DNA of 63,941 bases, filler included, from Intoshia linei (taxonomy: Eukaryota; Animalia; Orthonectida), in NCBI GenBank assembly GCA_001642005.1. It is 9 parts of 9 records of this genome, joined end to end, with 100 filler letters (N's around TTAATTAATTAA, not from the genome) between each part and the next. Parts side by side here need not be neighbours in the genome. Positions count along the whole stretch, not along the records: positions 35,241 to 41,804 come from LWCA01001660.1; positions 41,905 to 57,831 come from LWCA01000893.1; 7 more parts are not named here. One strand, written 5' to 3'. The position numbers and the translations under genes are program-made. Shown here piece by piece: positions 40,901-55,500 of the stretch. The notes under the pieces are model-generated. The model did not search any database, had not been told where the DNA came from, and saw only the letters and a list, made by a program, of their open reading frames with translations. Every line of letters starts with the position of its first letter. The stretch's first letter is position 1.

Positions 40901-41442
40901 AATAAATTATTGTACCTATTTTGCTGTAAATTAAAAAGCATTAGAGCACTTTTGTCGCATATTTTTTTCGACTTTTTTTTCATTCTCAAATTATAAAAAA
41001 GTATACATAATTACACAATTTAAAATTCGGGGCAATAACTGATATACCATATTGTTTTACTATTGAAAAAATGAGATTATAATTCCTTTTAGCTTTCCTT
41101 ATATTTATATAATTAATATTTATTAATATAATACAGATGCTCTAAGGTTTTGTCGGGGTGTACATACGGCAAATATCGCAAAATTTATTAGCAATTTTAT
41201 AACATTTCATTTAGAATAAATCCAAAAAACAAGTGATATTGACAATTACTTTAATTTTAATTTATTTACATTTGTTAATAGATTCTACACGTTGTTTCAT
41301 AACAACAATTTTAAAATTTTTTACCCTATAGCTCCTTAATTTGATTTGGAAATAAACTGAAATTTTAGAGAATTACACATATTTCCATGTTAAGTATTAT
41401 AATATTAAAAACTTCGGAAAGGCATTTTTGTGTTGGACAGTG
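37974..41442 (-). mobile_element. Chapaev3-like (CMC) DNA transposon, degenerate, interrupted by a Tc3-like element
   Basis: Minus-strand motifs EPKNPPYDCFFC, DGFFYCNNVEHL..SLKTIL..KESYE and GAFSDEHDERFHQ. TIRs C(C/A)CTGTCCAACA at 37974 and TGTTGGACAGTG ending at 41442. The superfamily name comes from recalled motifs. Confidence 0.65.
39598..41160 (+). mobile_element. Full-length Tc3-like (Tc1/mariner DD34E) transposon, pseudogenised transposase
   Basis: TA-CACCCC(C)GACAAAAC.TTAGAGCA TIRs at both ends. Motifs FSDEKRFNLDGHDG, VMVWGGF, FQQDNA and WPPCSPDQNPIENI. Inner binding-site repeats at 39790 and 40941. Confidence 0.93.
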
Positions 41443-41559
41443 TAATTAAATGACATACTATAACCTGATCAGGCAAAATAAGTTGACTATAGAAATTGCA
41501 GTATGTAAAAACCATCTAAAAATACAAGATTATTTTATATCAAACGTTTAGTAGAAATG

Positions 41560-41804
41560 TTCAAAATTTTCTTAAGGTTGGTACAATAGAGTGTTTTTAT
41601 ATTTGTTTTTGCAGTTTACAGAAAGTTTTTGCGCTTTACAATAAGGTTTGAATAAAATTGTATTGAAGATAAATAAATAAAGTGCAAAAATATCATAGAT
41701 ATTTGTATGGGAGGGAATTTGTTTTAATTACTGATCATAATCCGTTGGTAATGTTGAGAAATTCTGAAAAGCTTTCAGGTATGAAGTTGAGATGGATTCA
41801 GTTG
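41560..41804 (+). mobile_element. Ty3/Gypsy pol RNase H remnant
   Basis: VQKYHRYLYGREFVLITDHNPLVML...KLRWIQL. Confidence 0.8.
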
Positions 41805-41904
41805 NNNNNNNNNNNNNNNNNNNNNNNNNNNNNNNNNNNNNNNNNNNNTTAATTAATTAANNNNNNNNNNNNNNNNNNNNNNNNNNNNNNNNNNNNNNNN
41901 NNNN

Positions 41905-42168
41905 TATTTATTAAATTGGTACTGAATATATGTCATCACATTGAAAATGACAAAATAATTTTTTATAATTTTATTTTTTCTGGAATTTATGCTATTATGA
42001 ATTTATACAGCTCAGTTGGAACTGATACTGTAACTTCACTATTACAACAGTTAATAGTAGAATTTATAATTTAGATTTTCAATGTGAATATATTTTTTTT
42101 GTATAATAAAAGAGTGCCCTCGGCAGAGCTAGATGCTGTTTGTACGTAGTACAAAACTGCCAAACTAG
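41905..42168 (+). mobile_element. Helitron 3' fragment
   Basis: Matches 35563-35650. Ends in the hairpin TTTGTACgtaGTACAAA followed by CTAG|T. Confidence 0.82.
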
Positions 42169-42198
42169 TTTACTTATAATTTTATTTATACAATATGT

Positions 42199-43150
42199 TC
42201 ATAATTCGTCATTAATGTATTTTATTGAATCTTTATCTCTTAGCAACATAACTCTATGTATACCTCGTTCAGCAACTTCGTTAGTAATTGCCATTTGGAG
42301 AGGAGGAATAGAGATATAGGCATGTTTTATTAAGAAGCAAGTGCAACAATTGCACCTTTTCGACAAATTACAAGGTGGTACACCTTTAATCGCTTCAAAT
42401 AATAGATTTTGATAAGATCTGATATTTTCATATACTGTTGGTTGAATGTAACAGTATATGAACGTATCGGCGATAACGTTGCAACACTCTTCTAACCCAG
42501 TTGACGAATTTCTAAGTAATAATTTAAAATCCAAGCTTGTAATAATTTTATTGCTTTAGAATTCTATCGAGCTTGACTAAGAGACCTTGGATTATTCTAT
42601 TTGACATTAGGCCATTCCCCTTTTTTTTAACATTTTATATGCCAATGACAGATGCTCCAACTCAGCGTAGTCAAACACAAACAACTTGCATCTCCATCCC
42701 ATCAGAACGTTTACCATCAAAATGTAAGCTGATCTTTTCATTTTTAAAATAATTTTTTAAATGCATCCATGATGTTTTTATATATTTTCTAGTTGCCTTC
42801 CAAATAGATACATGGCTAGGTGCTTCTTCTGTTAATTTTACCACAACCTGAGCAGATTTTCTACATGACAAATTTATATTTGTAGAGATTTTTACATCTG
42901 ATACTGATGAATATTATCTTTTTTATAATTGGTATTTCATCCTTATCTGACTCAGAAGAAACACTTATAGAAAATTGCTCAGTTGTAAAATCAAAATTTT
43001 TTGGTTCAAGTTCATTTTGTGAAGAATGAGGAGGTGGTAATATTTCAAAATTAGAGGTGCAATGTCTTATACCACTTTTTTTTTGAATTTCATACCATTC
43101 TTCGTCTATTATGTGGTTTACATAATTTTGGTAAGCTAAATAATCTTAAT
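42199..43150 (-). mobile_element. hATm-like transposase remnant
   Basis: ISLHFDGK and ITNEVAERGI motifs. Same protein family as 5030-5967. Confidence 0.6.
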
Positions 43151-43624
43151 TCATTAACGTTTTTTGTTTAAATACATTCGAATTTACAACTCTTAAAATT
43201 TGACATGTTCAAATACATACATAAATGAAACCATTAAAATTTCAATTGTCTCTATGTATTCAAAAATGGAATTACAATAATTTTATTTGTTTAAATACAT
43301 TCAAGTAGGAGCAGTATAAATATTGATTATGAACGAATTGTTTGTTTATAAATTAAATTAGACAAGACATTTTAATTAAACATAGTATAAAAATTTGTTT
43401 TAAATTATTGGACTACTAAGTTTAATTTTAGTTCAGAATCTGAGCAGTGACTTAATATTTAGTGGATATTTGCGATAAAATTTAATAGTTTTATTGCTCT
43501 TATTTTTAAGAAGTCGCAAAAACTTCAAAGGGTTAAAACTAGTGTTTCAATTTTACCGACTTTTCCATTACCGGTAATTTACCGAATAAAATTAAAAGGT
43601 AAGGTAATATAACGGGTCCACGTG

Positions 43625-43768
43625 TAACAAGTTTGGAACCACTCCTTTAAATGATTGATAATAGTGAATAGTAGCATTTTGTATTGAATTTATTTGTCTG
43701 GTAGAATAAAAATGTCCGCCCGGCAAACTAGGATGCTGTTTGTACGAAGTACATAACAGTCAAGCTAG
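43625..43768 (+). mobile_element. Helitron 3' fragment
   Basis: Matches 35950-36135. Ends in gctgtttgtacgaagtacataacagtcaagCTAG|T. Confidence 0.78.
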
Positions 43769-43839
43769 TTACATAACTAAAAATTAAAAGTTATACAACA
43801 TATACAACATTAATGTATTTAATGGAAATATAAAATAAA

Positions 43840-46800
43840 TTAATTTTTTTGAGGTAATGTATAATAGTCGTCTTTTTTTATCATATTAATAATATCTGAA
43901 AAATAGGGTCTTTTATCAATATTTTGATGCCAGCACATGCTCATTAAATCAAATCTAAAAATATTTGACAGTTTAACATCAGCGGAATAAATAAATGTAT
44001 AATTAAATCGTACGACACTTGTGGGCATTTTTGAGGTTTTTTTAATCGATAAGAATCTTCAATAAACTTTTTATATTGTCTGACATCCTTTAAATTTGAA
44101 TAAGGTCGATTTCCATTACTGAATAATTCCCAAACTAATACTCCGTATGCCCACTAAATATTTTTAATTATTACTGAATAATTCAGTGTTTCTCAATCTG
44201 ATTTACCATCACAAGGACCGAACCTACCGTAAACGAGACTGTGACCAAATTTTGGAAAATGTCCCATCATTTTTCCAAATTGAGCATTTAAAAAAATACT
44301 ATATTTGAAAATCGTAACTTTTTTTTGATTAAAATTTAAACTGTCTCGACCAGACACATGAAGAGATGACCAGGAGCTATATACCATTACGCATCATTTA
44401 AGGGAAAATTATTTAGGGTCTATTTTTTAGTATCGGCGAGGCGACTATAGTCAATTCGACTTGTCATCATACGTGATATGTTCCGTCGAAAAGTTATTTG
44501 TTAATGTTGTCGATTTAGCATTAAGATTATATTACAAATGAAAATATTTTTAACGGGTACAGTGTGAAAAAAGTTGAATATGTCTGAAATAAACGGTTTT
44601 TAATATTTTTAAACTATTTTAATTACCACATCCGTTTTTTCATTGAAAATGTGTTCATTGAGGCATTCTAATGCACACCACAATAAAGGCATTTTTTCTT
44701 GAAAATCAAGGCTACAATAATTTCCTTTGTCGTCCAACTTTTTGCACAGTCCAAAATCTGCAATGTATACAGTTTCATAATTGTTCACTCTAAAAATATA
44801 AAATTATTGAGTTTTTAAGCAAATTAGGGCGCGTTTTTTATGGTTTATGGTAGGGATTCTCATTCTCGTATTCGCAATAAATTTCAGAATTTATGAAAAA
44901 TATATTATTACTATAAAATGTGTTATTAATAACTTATGTAATATTGGAATGATAATACATTATATTCTGATAAATGTGTGCCTATAAAACTATTAAAATG
45001 ATTAAATATGACTATCCGTCAAAAATGGTGAACCCCTGGTTTACAAAATAAATAAAAATGAAAGTATGAAAAAAATTTTCCTTTGATTTTATTTTTAATT
45101 GACCGAAGCATTTTTAATATTTTGTAGTTTTGAAAGGCAATAAAGAACTGATTAATTCTAAGCTTAGGGTAGTCTTTAAAGTATTAAAATAAGTAATTAA
45201 TCAATTTGCATAATTATTAACATCAATGGATCCATCTTTTTAAACGACCCCCTATTCAACAATATTTTTTTAGTTACAAACAATTTCGAGTTGCTAAATC
45301 TCTGTGAACGTATTTTTCATTAGCAATATAATTCATTCCTTCTGCAATAGCAGTCATAAACTTGTACAAAATATCCATTTTAATATCCTACTGTATCATA
45401 AATATCATAAATTATGTAAATTTTAAAAAGTTTATGGATTTACCGGATTAGACTTTAAATAGTTGTTTAAATCTCCACAGTTCATGTAAGGAGTAACGGA
45501 ATAAATTCTATTGTCTAAAATACTGACACCAATCTGTTTTAGTACATAGTTTCCTCCAGATAATTTAGCCATAATGGAAGATTCAATCATAAAATTCTGG
45601 ATGCATTTTGGAGTCCGATCTATTTAAAAAATTAAATGTACACGTTAAAAATATTTACCTTTAGGAGTTTTTAATGCAACCTTATGTTTTTGGTAAATAC
45701 CAATATACACGCAACCATATGCACCTAAAAATTAATTGAAACTAAAATTAAATTTAAATAATTTCACCTGATCCAATTATGTTATCAAGTAGTGTAATTT
45801 TATTTGAAGGTAAGTCGTATTTTTTCAATTCCTCAATCAGTTCTGGTACTGTTTCTGAATAGACTTTTGGTACTATTATTAAGCTATTAAAGAATTAACA
45901 TATTAAATTATAAGTTATCAATTTAAATATATTTTTAGATATACAGTGATAATAATTGGACTTTGTGATAGCATATGAAAGTTCCGTGACATTTCCTTTA
46001 CTAGGTAATTTTACTTTTTTAATGTATATCATTATTATTATAATGCTTAAAACTACAAGAATGGGCACTACAATTACGACACTCAACCAAATTGTGACAC
46101 AACTAATACTTTGATAAATTCTTAATTTACCTACATGTATATTTAACTTTCCAAAGTAGACCTACATTACGTTTATTAAAATATTTAAAATAAATAACTA
46201 TAACGTCCAAACTTGCACATCTTTCGTAATTCTCCAAATTTGGTTTAACAATCAGTTTATTTCCAAACATTTCAGTTACTGTAAATCTATTTGAATTTAC
46301 TTTCACGGTATAATCACTGATTTTACCATTTTCCAAATTTTNTACATTACGTTTATTAAAATATTTAAAATAAATAACTATAACGTCCAAACTTGCACAT
46401 CTTTCGTTATTTTCCACATTTGGTTTAACAATCAGTTTATTCCTAAACATTTCAGTTACTGTAAATGTATTTGAATTTACTTTCACGGTATAATCACTGA
46501 TTTTACCATTTTCCAAATTTTTCCCCTAAACGATTTTATACAATTAATAACACGGTCAATTATATTTTTGTTTACTTTAATTTCGAAAAATTCATCTATC
46601 CAACTAGCAAAGTTGTAAAACGTTGCATACCCATCTTTAAATTCGAAAATTATCGGATCTGGGAAAATGTGATTGAACAATATATTTTGAAATGTTTGAG
46701 AAATATTTAGGTATAACTCGTAATTATCAAACGTCATGCCATATATTACTCGTAAATCTTGATTTTGTCGCTTATTTCTGATAATCTTTTTATCTAATTG

Positions 46801-49800
46801 AAAATAATTCAATATTTAATTCTAGTATTCTCTCTAGTTCCGATATGTCGAGAATTATAAACAGTTCAGATTCGGGACACGTATAATTTTCACTTAATAG
46901 GTAATATGGAAAATAGAAACAAAACAACAGTTGAAATATTAACCCGCGATAATATTATTCATTTTTCATACCTTGGGTTCTCGTTAATAAAAAACTTTTC
47001 TAAAAATTTATGAGGTTCACGGGATTTCTGAAAAAATGAACTTGTGAATTGTAGAGAATATATTTAATGGTAAAAAATATAGTTGAAATGATTTTGTCTT
47101 AATTTTTTATGTATGAAGTATCTTAAAAACATACTTAAATGATTTAATTAAATTTATTTTCATGACAAAATGCCGTAAAGGATGTATTTCTTTTAGGTAG
47201 TTTAAATTTGTTAACTAATATACATTTTAATATGAATACCAGAAACTTCCAGTTCTTTAGTCTCCATTTCATTGTTTGGTATTTGTTTGATATTGTTAAA
47301 ATCTATATTAGTTAATGTCGGTGTAATACACACTACTATTGTGTCACTTTCAGCTTTACATGGCTATATTTTATATATAAAATGTGTACAGTAGACAAGG
47401 ATTGTGAATTAATTGAAAAATGGAAAAATGTTTTCCATGTATATAAAGTAAAATTTGTTAAAAATGTGTCTGTGTTTGTAACTATTTATTTAGGAAACAT
47501 GAGCTCCCAGAAATTACAAATATGAAAATTTCAAGTCATTTGTTTTTTTTATATTGTTCGAAAGTAAAATAAATGTTAAATTCAAAAATTAGTAGGTTCA
47601 TACCAAATATAGAAATTACCATTTTTTTAAATCGTTAGCATTATCATAAATTACAACCTTACAAACTAGCATATTCACTATCCAAACCACAAATGACTCA
47701 TTATTATGAATCATTAGGAAAACTAATGTATTAAGAAATTAAAAAAATGATATCTATTTTTATTATTATTTTGAATATTTTCTGCAAATTGTAAAAGCAA
47801 TAATTAATTAATTTCAAGTCCACATTTTTTTTACAAAGATTCTAAATAAAATTTACAGAGTATATACGTTGATTGTATTTATCTAACACGTACAGATGGC
47901 TGATCAACTGGATGCTTCCTATATTATTAAAACCAATACCTTCCACTCGAAGATTTAAACCTCCGCTAAATGTAAATCATTATTTTGAAATTTTTATATA
48001 ATATTAGTAGTTGTAGTAATTGAGTAGTTCATCGTATCTCAAATATATATAAAGTATTTTTTTAAGTGATTAATCAGGTATTAATATATACTTTGGTAGA
48101 AATTTCCTTAAAATACCTTGAAAACATTTTAAACTATAATATTAATAATAAGGCAAAACCTATAGTTATTTTCAATAATAATTATATATGGAATCATTAT
48201 ATAAACTTAATACATGTATACTTTTCATTAATAATAAATTGTATAAAGATACCTAATGGTAGTGTTTCTTTGAAAAAATTTTGTTATTTTTGGATTTTTA
48301 ATATATTCAAACTTGTAAAATTCGTAAACAATGTGTGTATGTTTATGCCGCAAATATAAATATGTAATGTTGGAAGTTAAATTTGTTTTTTTTGGGGCTA
48401 TGCATTCTGAGGTACTTCTATTAACATATATTATATAGTATAAATTAGATACCGTCGACACTAGACATAACTACTTCCAAGAAACCACCACTTTCTGAGA
48501 CTTCTGACAATCATATAAAAATTTCACTAATTTATTAACATTGTTAATTGATTTAATTTGATGTTTTGATTAAATAGTAAATTGAATTTTTGCAGGGCCG
48601 GTAGGAACAATAAATTTTATCATCTGAATTTTAAAAAAAGCACAATTTCCGTCTTATTAAAAATGGAGCGGTAAGTAATTATACTAATTATGCATCGGGT
48701 TCTCAACGTTTTTTTAGAATCGCCCCTCCATAATTCATCAACTAGTTGTTACTGTTACTCAATTTTTTAAAAAATCGACCCATAGAACCAATAATTCTTT
48801 TAAAAAATTTTATTGCTTTTGTATATTATTTTATATCAGTGATTATTAACCGTTATGCCGAAAATAAATCTGACTTACTTTATAAATTTTTAAAAATTAG
48901 TGTCAAACTTTTACATTAACAATGCTTTGATGAACATTTGGGATTTACTATTTAGAATATAATGTATAATATATACATTGTATATATTAAATACTATGGT
49001 GCAACCCAAAAATACAACATTTCATTATACATCAAATGTTTTTTACAAATGTAAGTCGCCAAATAAAGAGTATTTTTGTATTATTACAATAATTTTATAT
49101 TTTTATTATTTTTAATGTCTGCACATTTTCGAGTTTCGTTGTTTTATTCTTATCAAAATTTAAGGTGCGTCCTTAAGTAAAAAAAATTAAGAAACATTGT
49201 TATAGACATTAACAGAGTATTAAAATATTTTATAATAATTATATTAGATAATATATTGTTTATAATAAATAATACAATATGTACAATATAAAAAATGTTA
49301 TTTTAAATATACTATTTAATATTGATTACTTAATAAATGAACTATCAAAAACTGTATTAATGCTGAGAATTTATAATTTGTAATCTATTTTTAAAGATAA
49401 TTTGTGATTAATAAAAAAAATATTAGATTATGTATTTTGTGAATTAAAATAGTAAAATCGCTCCCAAGGGCGATTCGTACACCGTTGAGAACCCCTCCTA
49501 TAAGGAACACTACCATACAGTAGCAGGCCGGTACAGGTATTACTAAAAGTAGTGCATTTACTTTGGTATCATAATGCATGGTTGATCACCAATGTAAATA
49601 TCGAAATAATTGTCAACACGCCCACCAAGTGTTATATTTCTGCCTCCATCGATAATACTCACATTCGGAAAAATAGAATTTATTGGTGAAAACTAAAAGA
49701 AAGAATTAAAATTCAAAAATTTTAAAAATATTACACATATATTATACGGATTATGAGAGTAAATATTTTCATCTTGAGCGAATGTTTCCTTGAATAAAAT

Positions 49801-52339
49801 TTGACCATATGTCTTTTGATTTAAATCTTTGTAAAAATTGGTACACGTCAAATTGGGACTAGGTTTTGTATATTGTATATTGTGATAAAATAAATGTTAC
49901 GTGGTAAATATACTAATTTTATTAATAACAGCAACAGGTAAAGTATTATCACTTGAACGTCGAGTTAACTGTATTGCAATCTTGTTACATTTTGAATCTC
50001 TAATAGTGAACCCCAAGGTACCACTCCTTTATGGTAATATAATCATTATAAACATAATTATAACATACCAACTCGATAAACAGCCATATTGAAGACTACA
50101 TTCAATTTCATATAATGTTTTGTTATCTGTATAAACGCGAATTGATTGAATAGATACAACCATTCTTACCATCAAAATGAACTATTTATAATTTGTATTA
50201 TTGTAAAAATATATTAAATACTTCATTTGAGCAAACCGTCGCATTATTTATTACATTAACGTTGATAATATTGTATTCCGGACTAGAAATCCATTTTGTT
50301 AATAACGAAGTGTCGGTAATTGCACTGTCAGGAGAGAAAATGTTATTTTTTTCTTCGTAAACCGATGTAATTATATAATGCGTTTGATTAAGCATAAAGG
50401 AACATTCGTTTGATTGTATATTATTAATTAAATCATTTGTGTCATATTTTTCATATATTTTCACATTGGGCAAACTGACAATTAGGGATGGTGTCATCGG
50501 TATTTCTTGCATTGAACTGTATTTACACTTGCAATTAGTATCAAATTTGAGATTTCCTCTTGCATCCATACTTCCATCATATTTATTTGGGTAATCCAAG
50601 TTGTATAACAGCATCTCTTTTATATGTGTAGTTTGTAAATTTGTTTCTTTTGTGGCTAGATTATTTTTTTCTAATAATGATTTAAATGTTATTTATCATT
50701 TTCTCACTCATTATTATAATTCCGCGATTTAATGTAAAGTTGTAATTTTGATTGTACACATCATTTTGTATTTTTATTTCAATTTCTCCCTTAATTGCAT
50801 AAGTCTATAAAAAATTTATATCTAATTTCATATTTCATACGTGACGCATTAATTGTACCAAAATCCATGAATTTTTTTCATATGTATACGATTCAATAGT
50901 CATATTGTGTTTAATAATGTCAAATTTATCCACATGAAACGATATTGAGTCAGTACCGAAAGAAACGTTTAGACTATTTTAATCATTAATTAATATATTA
51001 CCATATAAAGTATACTTTTTTAATATTAAAACAGGGATTATCAAGCTTTTTTAAAAGGACCAAATTTCCCTAATATTAAATCATTCATGAATGGCGGGCC
51101 ACATACATTCTGTATTTTGTAGGATTGTAGTCGAATTTTTTTTAAATAAATAATTGTAAATTACGAATTACTTAAAAAAATTATTATTAAATTATATTAA
51201 TATTCGATACATACGATTACATACAATTTAACCTCTTTAAGTCTAATGCTGGTTAATTCAAAATAATCATGCTTTGTAAATTGTAATATCTTAGTACACT
51301 TGCAAAATCAATAATATTTTGGTAAATCTATAGACTGAAACTTACATCTTACTGGTAAAAACACAAAATACCCTTATTTAAAATGAAAAAATTCATTACA
51401 TTTTATAAAACATAAATGCAGGGATAGATGTAAAAACCATGAGTATTAACATTAAAAATCCGCAACCTTAAAAATTTGTTTTTTTACGATCAAACAGTAG
51501 ATTGCGCTTTTATTAAATAAAATGAAAAGAGTCTTAGAATTTAAAAAAAAGTACAGCTGATACTATTATTTCATGTAAACTTACTCACAAACTGTCAATC
51601 TTAAAAAGTGACAATTTCACGGTCAAAAATGCACTTTAGTTTTGATTTTTTTATTTTATAACCTTTGTATGGAAATTTAATAACACTCAAAAAGTTTCAT
51701 TTTTTGTTTTTTAAAATAATTTCTAATACAGTAACGAGTCACAATAACGTATTAAAGTTTAGATCAACAATTTTTTCAAAAGGTGTGGTTGTTTTCAGTT
51801 ACACAATGTCAATCATCTCTTGTCGTAATCATAATGTTCATTTTTCCCCGATGGCTACTTTTGCATTCATTAAAATAGGTGATTTAAACGATAGGTTAAT
51901 GTATGCGATATGGGATTATACTCATTATTATTGTTTATTTTATTATGATAAATATAATTATATACTTATCATTTTCATTGATTATAATAAACGTTAAAAT
52001 CAAATTAAAAAATTCTGGATAAACATTTAGCTGAAAATTGCAAGTATTGTAGATTCCTTTCCCAAGGTAGTTAGTATAGTATATTTCTTTTGAAAATAAG
52101 AAATATTGGTCTTGAGAATAATTGCAATATATATTTGTTTCTCTGGAATTTGCTGAATCATATGAGTAAACCGCATATGGACACTGATCAATACACTTAT
52201 AATCCACATTGCTAATACTGACATTTTTATCTTTACACGAACTGTTCTTTGGTTCAATTTCGATGTTTGGAACATTCCACGTGGCATGACTAAACCCAAT
52301 TTTATTTAATAAAAGTATCACACAAAAAAATGTTTCCAT
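43840..52339 (-). CDS. Receptor tyrosine kinase, Met/Ron-like (signal peptide, IPT/TIG repeats, TM, kinase), copy 1
   Basis: Signal peptide METFFCVILLL. IPT-like segments FEYIKNPKIT..GGLNLRVEGIGF and FPDPIIFEF..GENL. TM WLSVVIVVPILVVLSIIIIMIYI-KK. Kinase motifs IGSGAYGCVY, VALK, PYMNCGDL, VHRDLATRNCL, IADFGL, KMPLLWCALE, TDVWAYGVLVWELFS and CWHQ..RPYF. Confidence 0.88.
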
Positions 52340-52583
52340 TTTAGCCATTAGACTGTTACACATGACTACATTCGGTACATTGAGAGTATTATGCATTCTT
52401 TCATGAAATAGTTTCTAATTTACGATAGATACAAAATTCGGATTCATACACATGAATAAATTTTTAAATGAAACGAAATCAAACTTGGAATACCGTTATA
52501 TAGTTGATAGATTCCCAATCTTAAAACACCTTCAAAATAGAAAAATTAAAATTTTGTAAAATATTTAATAGACAAATAATAAG

Positions 52584-55500
52584 TCAAATTTTCTGAGGTA
52601 ATATATAATAATCGTCTTTTCTCATACTATTAATTATATTTAAAAATGAAGGTCTCTCATCACCATTTTGATGCCAGCACCTTTTCATTAAATTATATCT
52701 AAAATAGATGAAAGAAAATTAACTGAAAAATCTAGAAGTAAATAAAAACTAACGTGGCTTCCGGGCATTTTTTTGGTTTCTTTAATCGATGAGAATCTTC
52801 AATAAACTTTTTATATTGTCTGACATCTTTTAAATCGGAATATGGTCGATTTCCTTTACTGAATAATTCCCAAACTAATACTCCATATGACCACTAATAA
52901 ATATACATTTAAAATAGATATAATAAAAATATTTCTTATTTTAAAATTTTTAAACGATATGGTTAAAAACTCACAGGTCAAAATTATTATTTTTTAATCA
53001 GAAAAATATCATATATTAACTTACGACGTCAGATTTTTCATTGAAAATGTGTTTATTTAAACATTCCAATGCACACCAAAATAGTGGCATTTTTTCTTGA
53101 TGATCAAAACTAATGTAGTTTCCTGTTTCGTCCAACTCTTTGCATAATCCAAAATCTGAAATGTATACTGTTTCGTAATTATGCACTCTAAACATATACT
53201 TTTATATTCAGTATTGTCTCTACGATTCGTTAATCCTCTATATGTCAGATTTTTTTTAGATAAAATTATTTTAATTGGACCAAAGCATAAAAAAATTTCT
53301 AATAAAAATTGGTAGTACATAATTTAATAGTTAAACTATTTCTATCGTTGCAGTTTTTCTATTTCGCCAAATCCTCTACAATTTTAAAATTATGTAAATC
53401 ATAACATTTGGAACCAGGTAGAGAATATTGCAAATGTATATATTTATTTTATTATTTAAATTTTTGTAATTACAAGCAATTGCGAGTTGCCAAATCTCTG
53501 TGTACATACATTTTGGTGGATATATAATGCATGCCCTCTGCAATAGCAGTCATAAATTTAAATAAAATGTGAATTTCAATATTCTACATTATTGATATAA
53601 TTAATTTTGTAAATTTACCGAATTAGCTTTTAAATAGTTGTTTAAATCGCCACAGTTCATGTAAGGAGTAACTGAATAAATGCGATTATTGATAACAGTG
53701 ACTCCAATCTGTTTTAGTATATAGTTTCCCCCTGATAATTTAGCCATAATTGAAGATTCAATCATAAAATTTTCGACAAATGTTGGTGTAGATTCTTTCA
53801 ATTGAAATGTTTAATGTTACCAGTTTAATATACCTTTAGGAGTTTTTAGAGCTACTTTAATTTTATCGTATATGCCAATATACACACAACCATAGGCACC
53901 TGAAAATTAATTAATGTTATTATAATTTCTAATTACTTTACCTGATCCGATTATGTTATCATATAGAGTCAATTTATTAGATGGTAAATCGTATTTTTTC
54001 AATTCATCAATCAATTCTGGTACAGTTTCAGAATATACTTTTGGTACTATTACATATTATTATTTATGAAAAATTTTTCAATTAATTTCTATTTAATTTA
54101 TTAAATTTACAGTGATAATAACTCAATTGCGTGATATCATATGAAAGTTCTGTGACGTGTCCGGCTCTAGGTGTTTTTCTTTTTTGAATGCATATTATTA
54201 TTATAATAATGATTAAAACTACAAAAATTGGAATAATGATTACGACAGATAACCATACTGTGTGACATCTAATACTTTGGTAAATTTTTAATTTACCTAC
54301 ATGAGTATTTATATTTCCGAATGAGACCTAAAATTAGTAATATTGCAAAATTCAATGTGACTTACTATAACGTCTTGATTGACGCACGTTTCGTAGTTTT
54401 CAAAATTTGGTATGACAATCAATTTATTTGAAAATTTTTCAGCTATATTAATTGTATTTTGATTCAATTTAACGGTATAGTCACTGATGTTACCAATATT
54501 TAATCTATCACCCTAATAAGATTAATATTATATAGTTGACTTTTTTGCTTTTTACCGATATTTCAAAAAATTCATCTATCCAATTTCCAAAGTTGTAAAA
54601 AGTTTTATATCCATTTTCAAATTCATAAATTATGGGGTCTTGGAATATGTGATAGAATAGTATTTTTGGAAATGTTTTAGAAATATTTAGGTAAAATTCG
54701 AAATTATCAAATGTAACACCATATATTATTCTAAAATCATTGATTTGACGTTTTTTTCGAATATTCAGTATGTCTAAATCTAAATTAATTCATGTGTAAT
54801 ATTATTAATAAAGGTTCAATAATTTCGATTAAAAATATTTCAATAAGATTCAAAAATTCAACTTATCGATTATAATCATGGAAAGTTTATTTTTTTGCAA
54901 TGTTTTCGACATTTAATGTCTGGTTTAAAATCTTAAGCGATTACCAGATGTGTCCACTTGTTTATTATTTATTTCATTGTTTATGGATAGATTTGAATTG
55001 TTCCAATCTACATGTTCAAGATTTGGTGTAAAGCACAATAAATTTTCGTCGCTTTCAACTTGACATTTCTATACACTTCATGTATATTATAATATATTAT
55101 TATATATACATTGTATAAATATTATAATCCCTACTTATATTAAAGTCAATATTTACATTAGGTCCTAATGATTATGGCTATTCCAATTTGGACTTTTTTT
55201 GAAATTTAAAAAAGACATATATAGATAATAATATTTATTTAATGCTGCAGAATGATATAAACATTTTTTATTTCCGTTATTTCTTTACATTTTACAGTTT
55301 TTCTGACATTTTTCATAGTAAAAAAATATGGCAACATTTTTTCCTGTAGTTGCCATGAATTTGTTAAGATTTTAAGATATAACATTGATCATGTGACATT
55401 AATCATATTAATTAAAAAAATTATATAATTTCAATAACTGGGTCAAAATATTTGAATGCTTCTACTCGAATAGTTTTTGTTTTGTTAAGTTTATCATATT

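Noticed and set aside
46165-46520. ~178-bp tandem duplication of an RTK IPT exon
   Set aside because: The copies are joined by a single n and are near-identical, which fits an unmerged contig or haplotype overlap rather than exon duplication.
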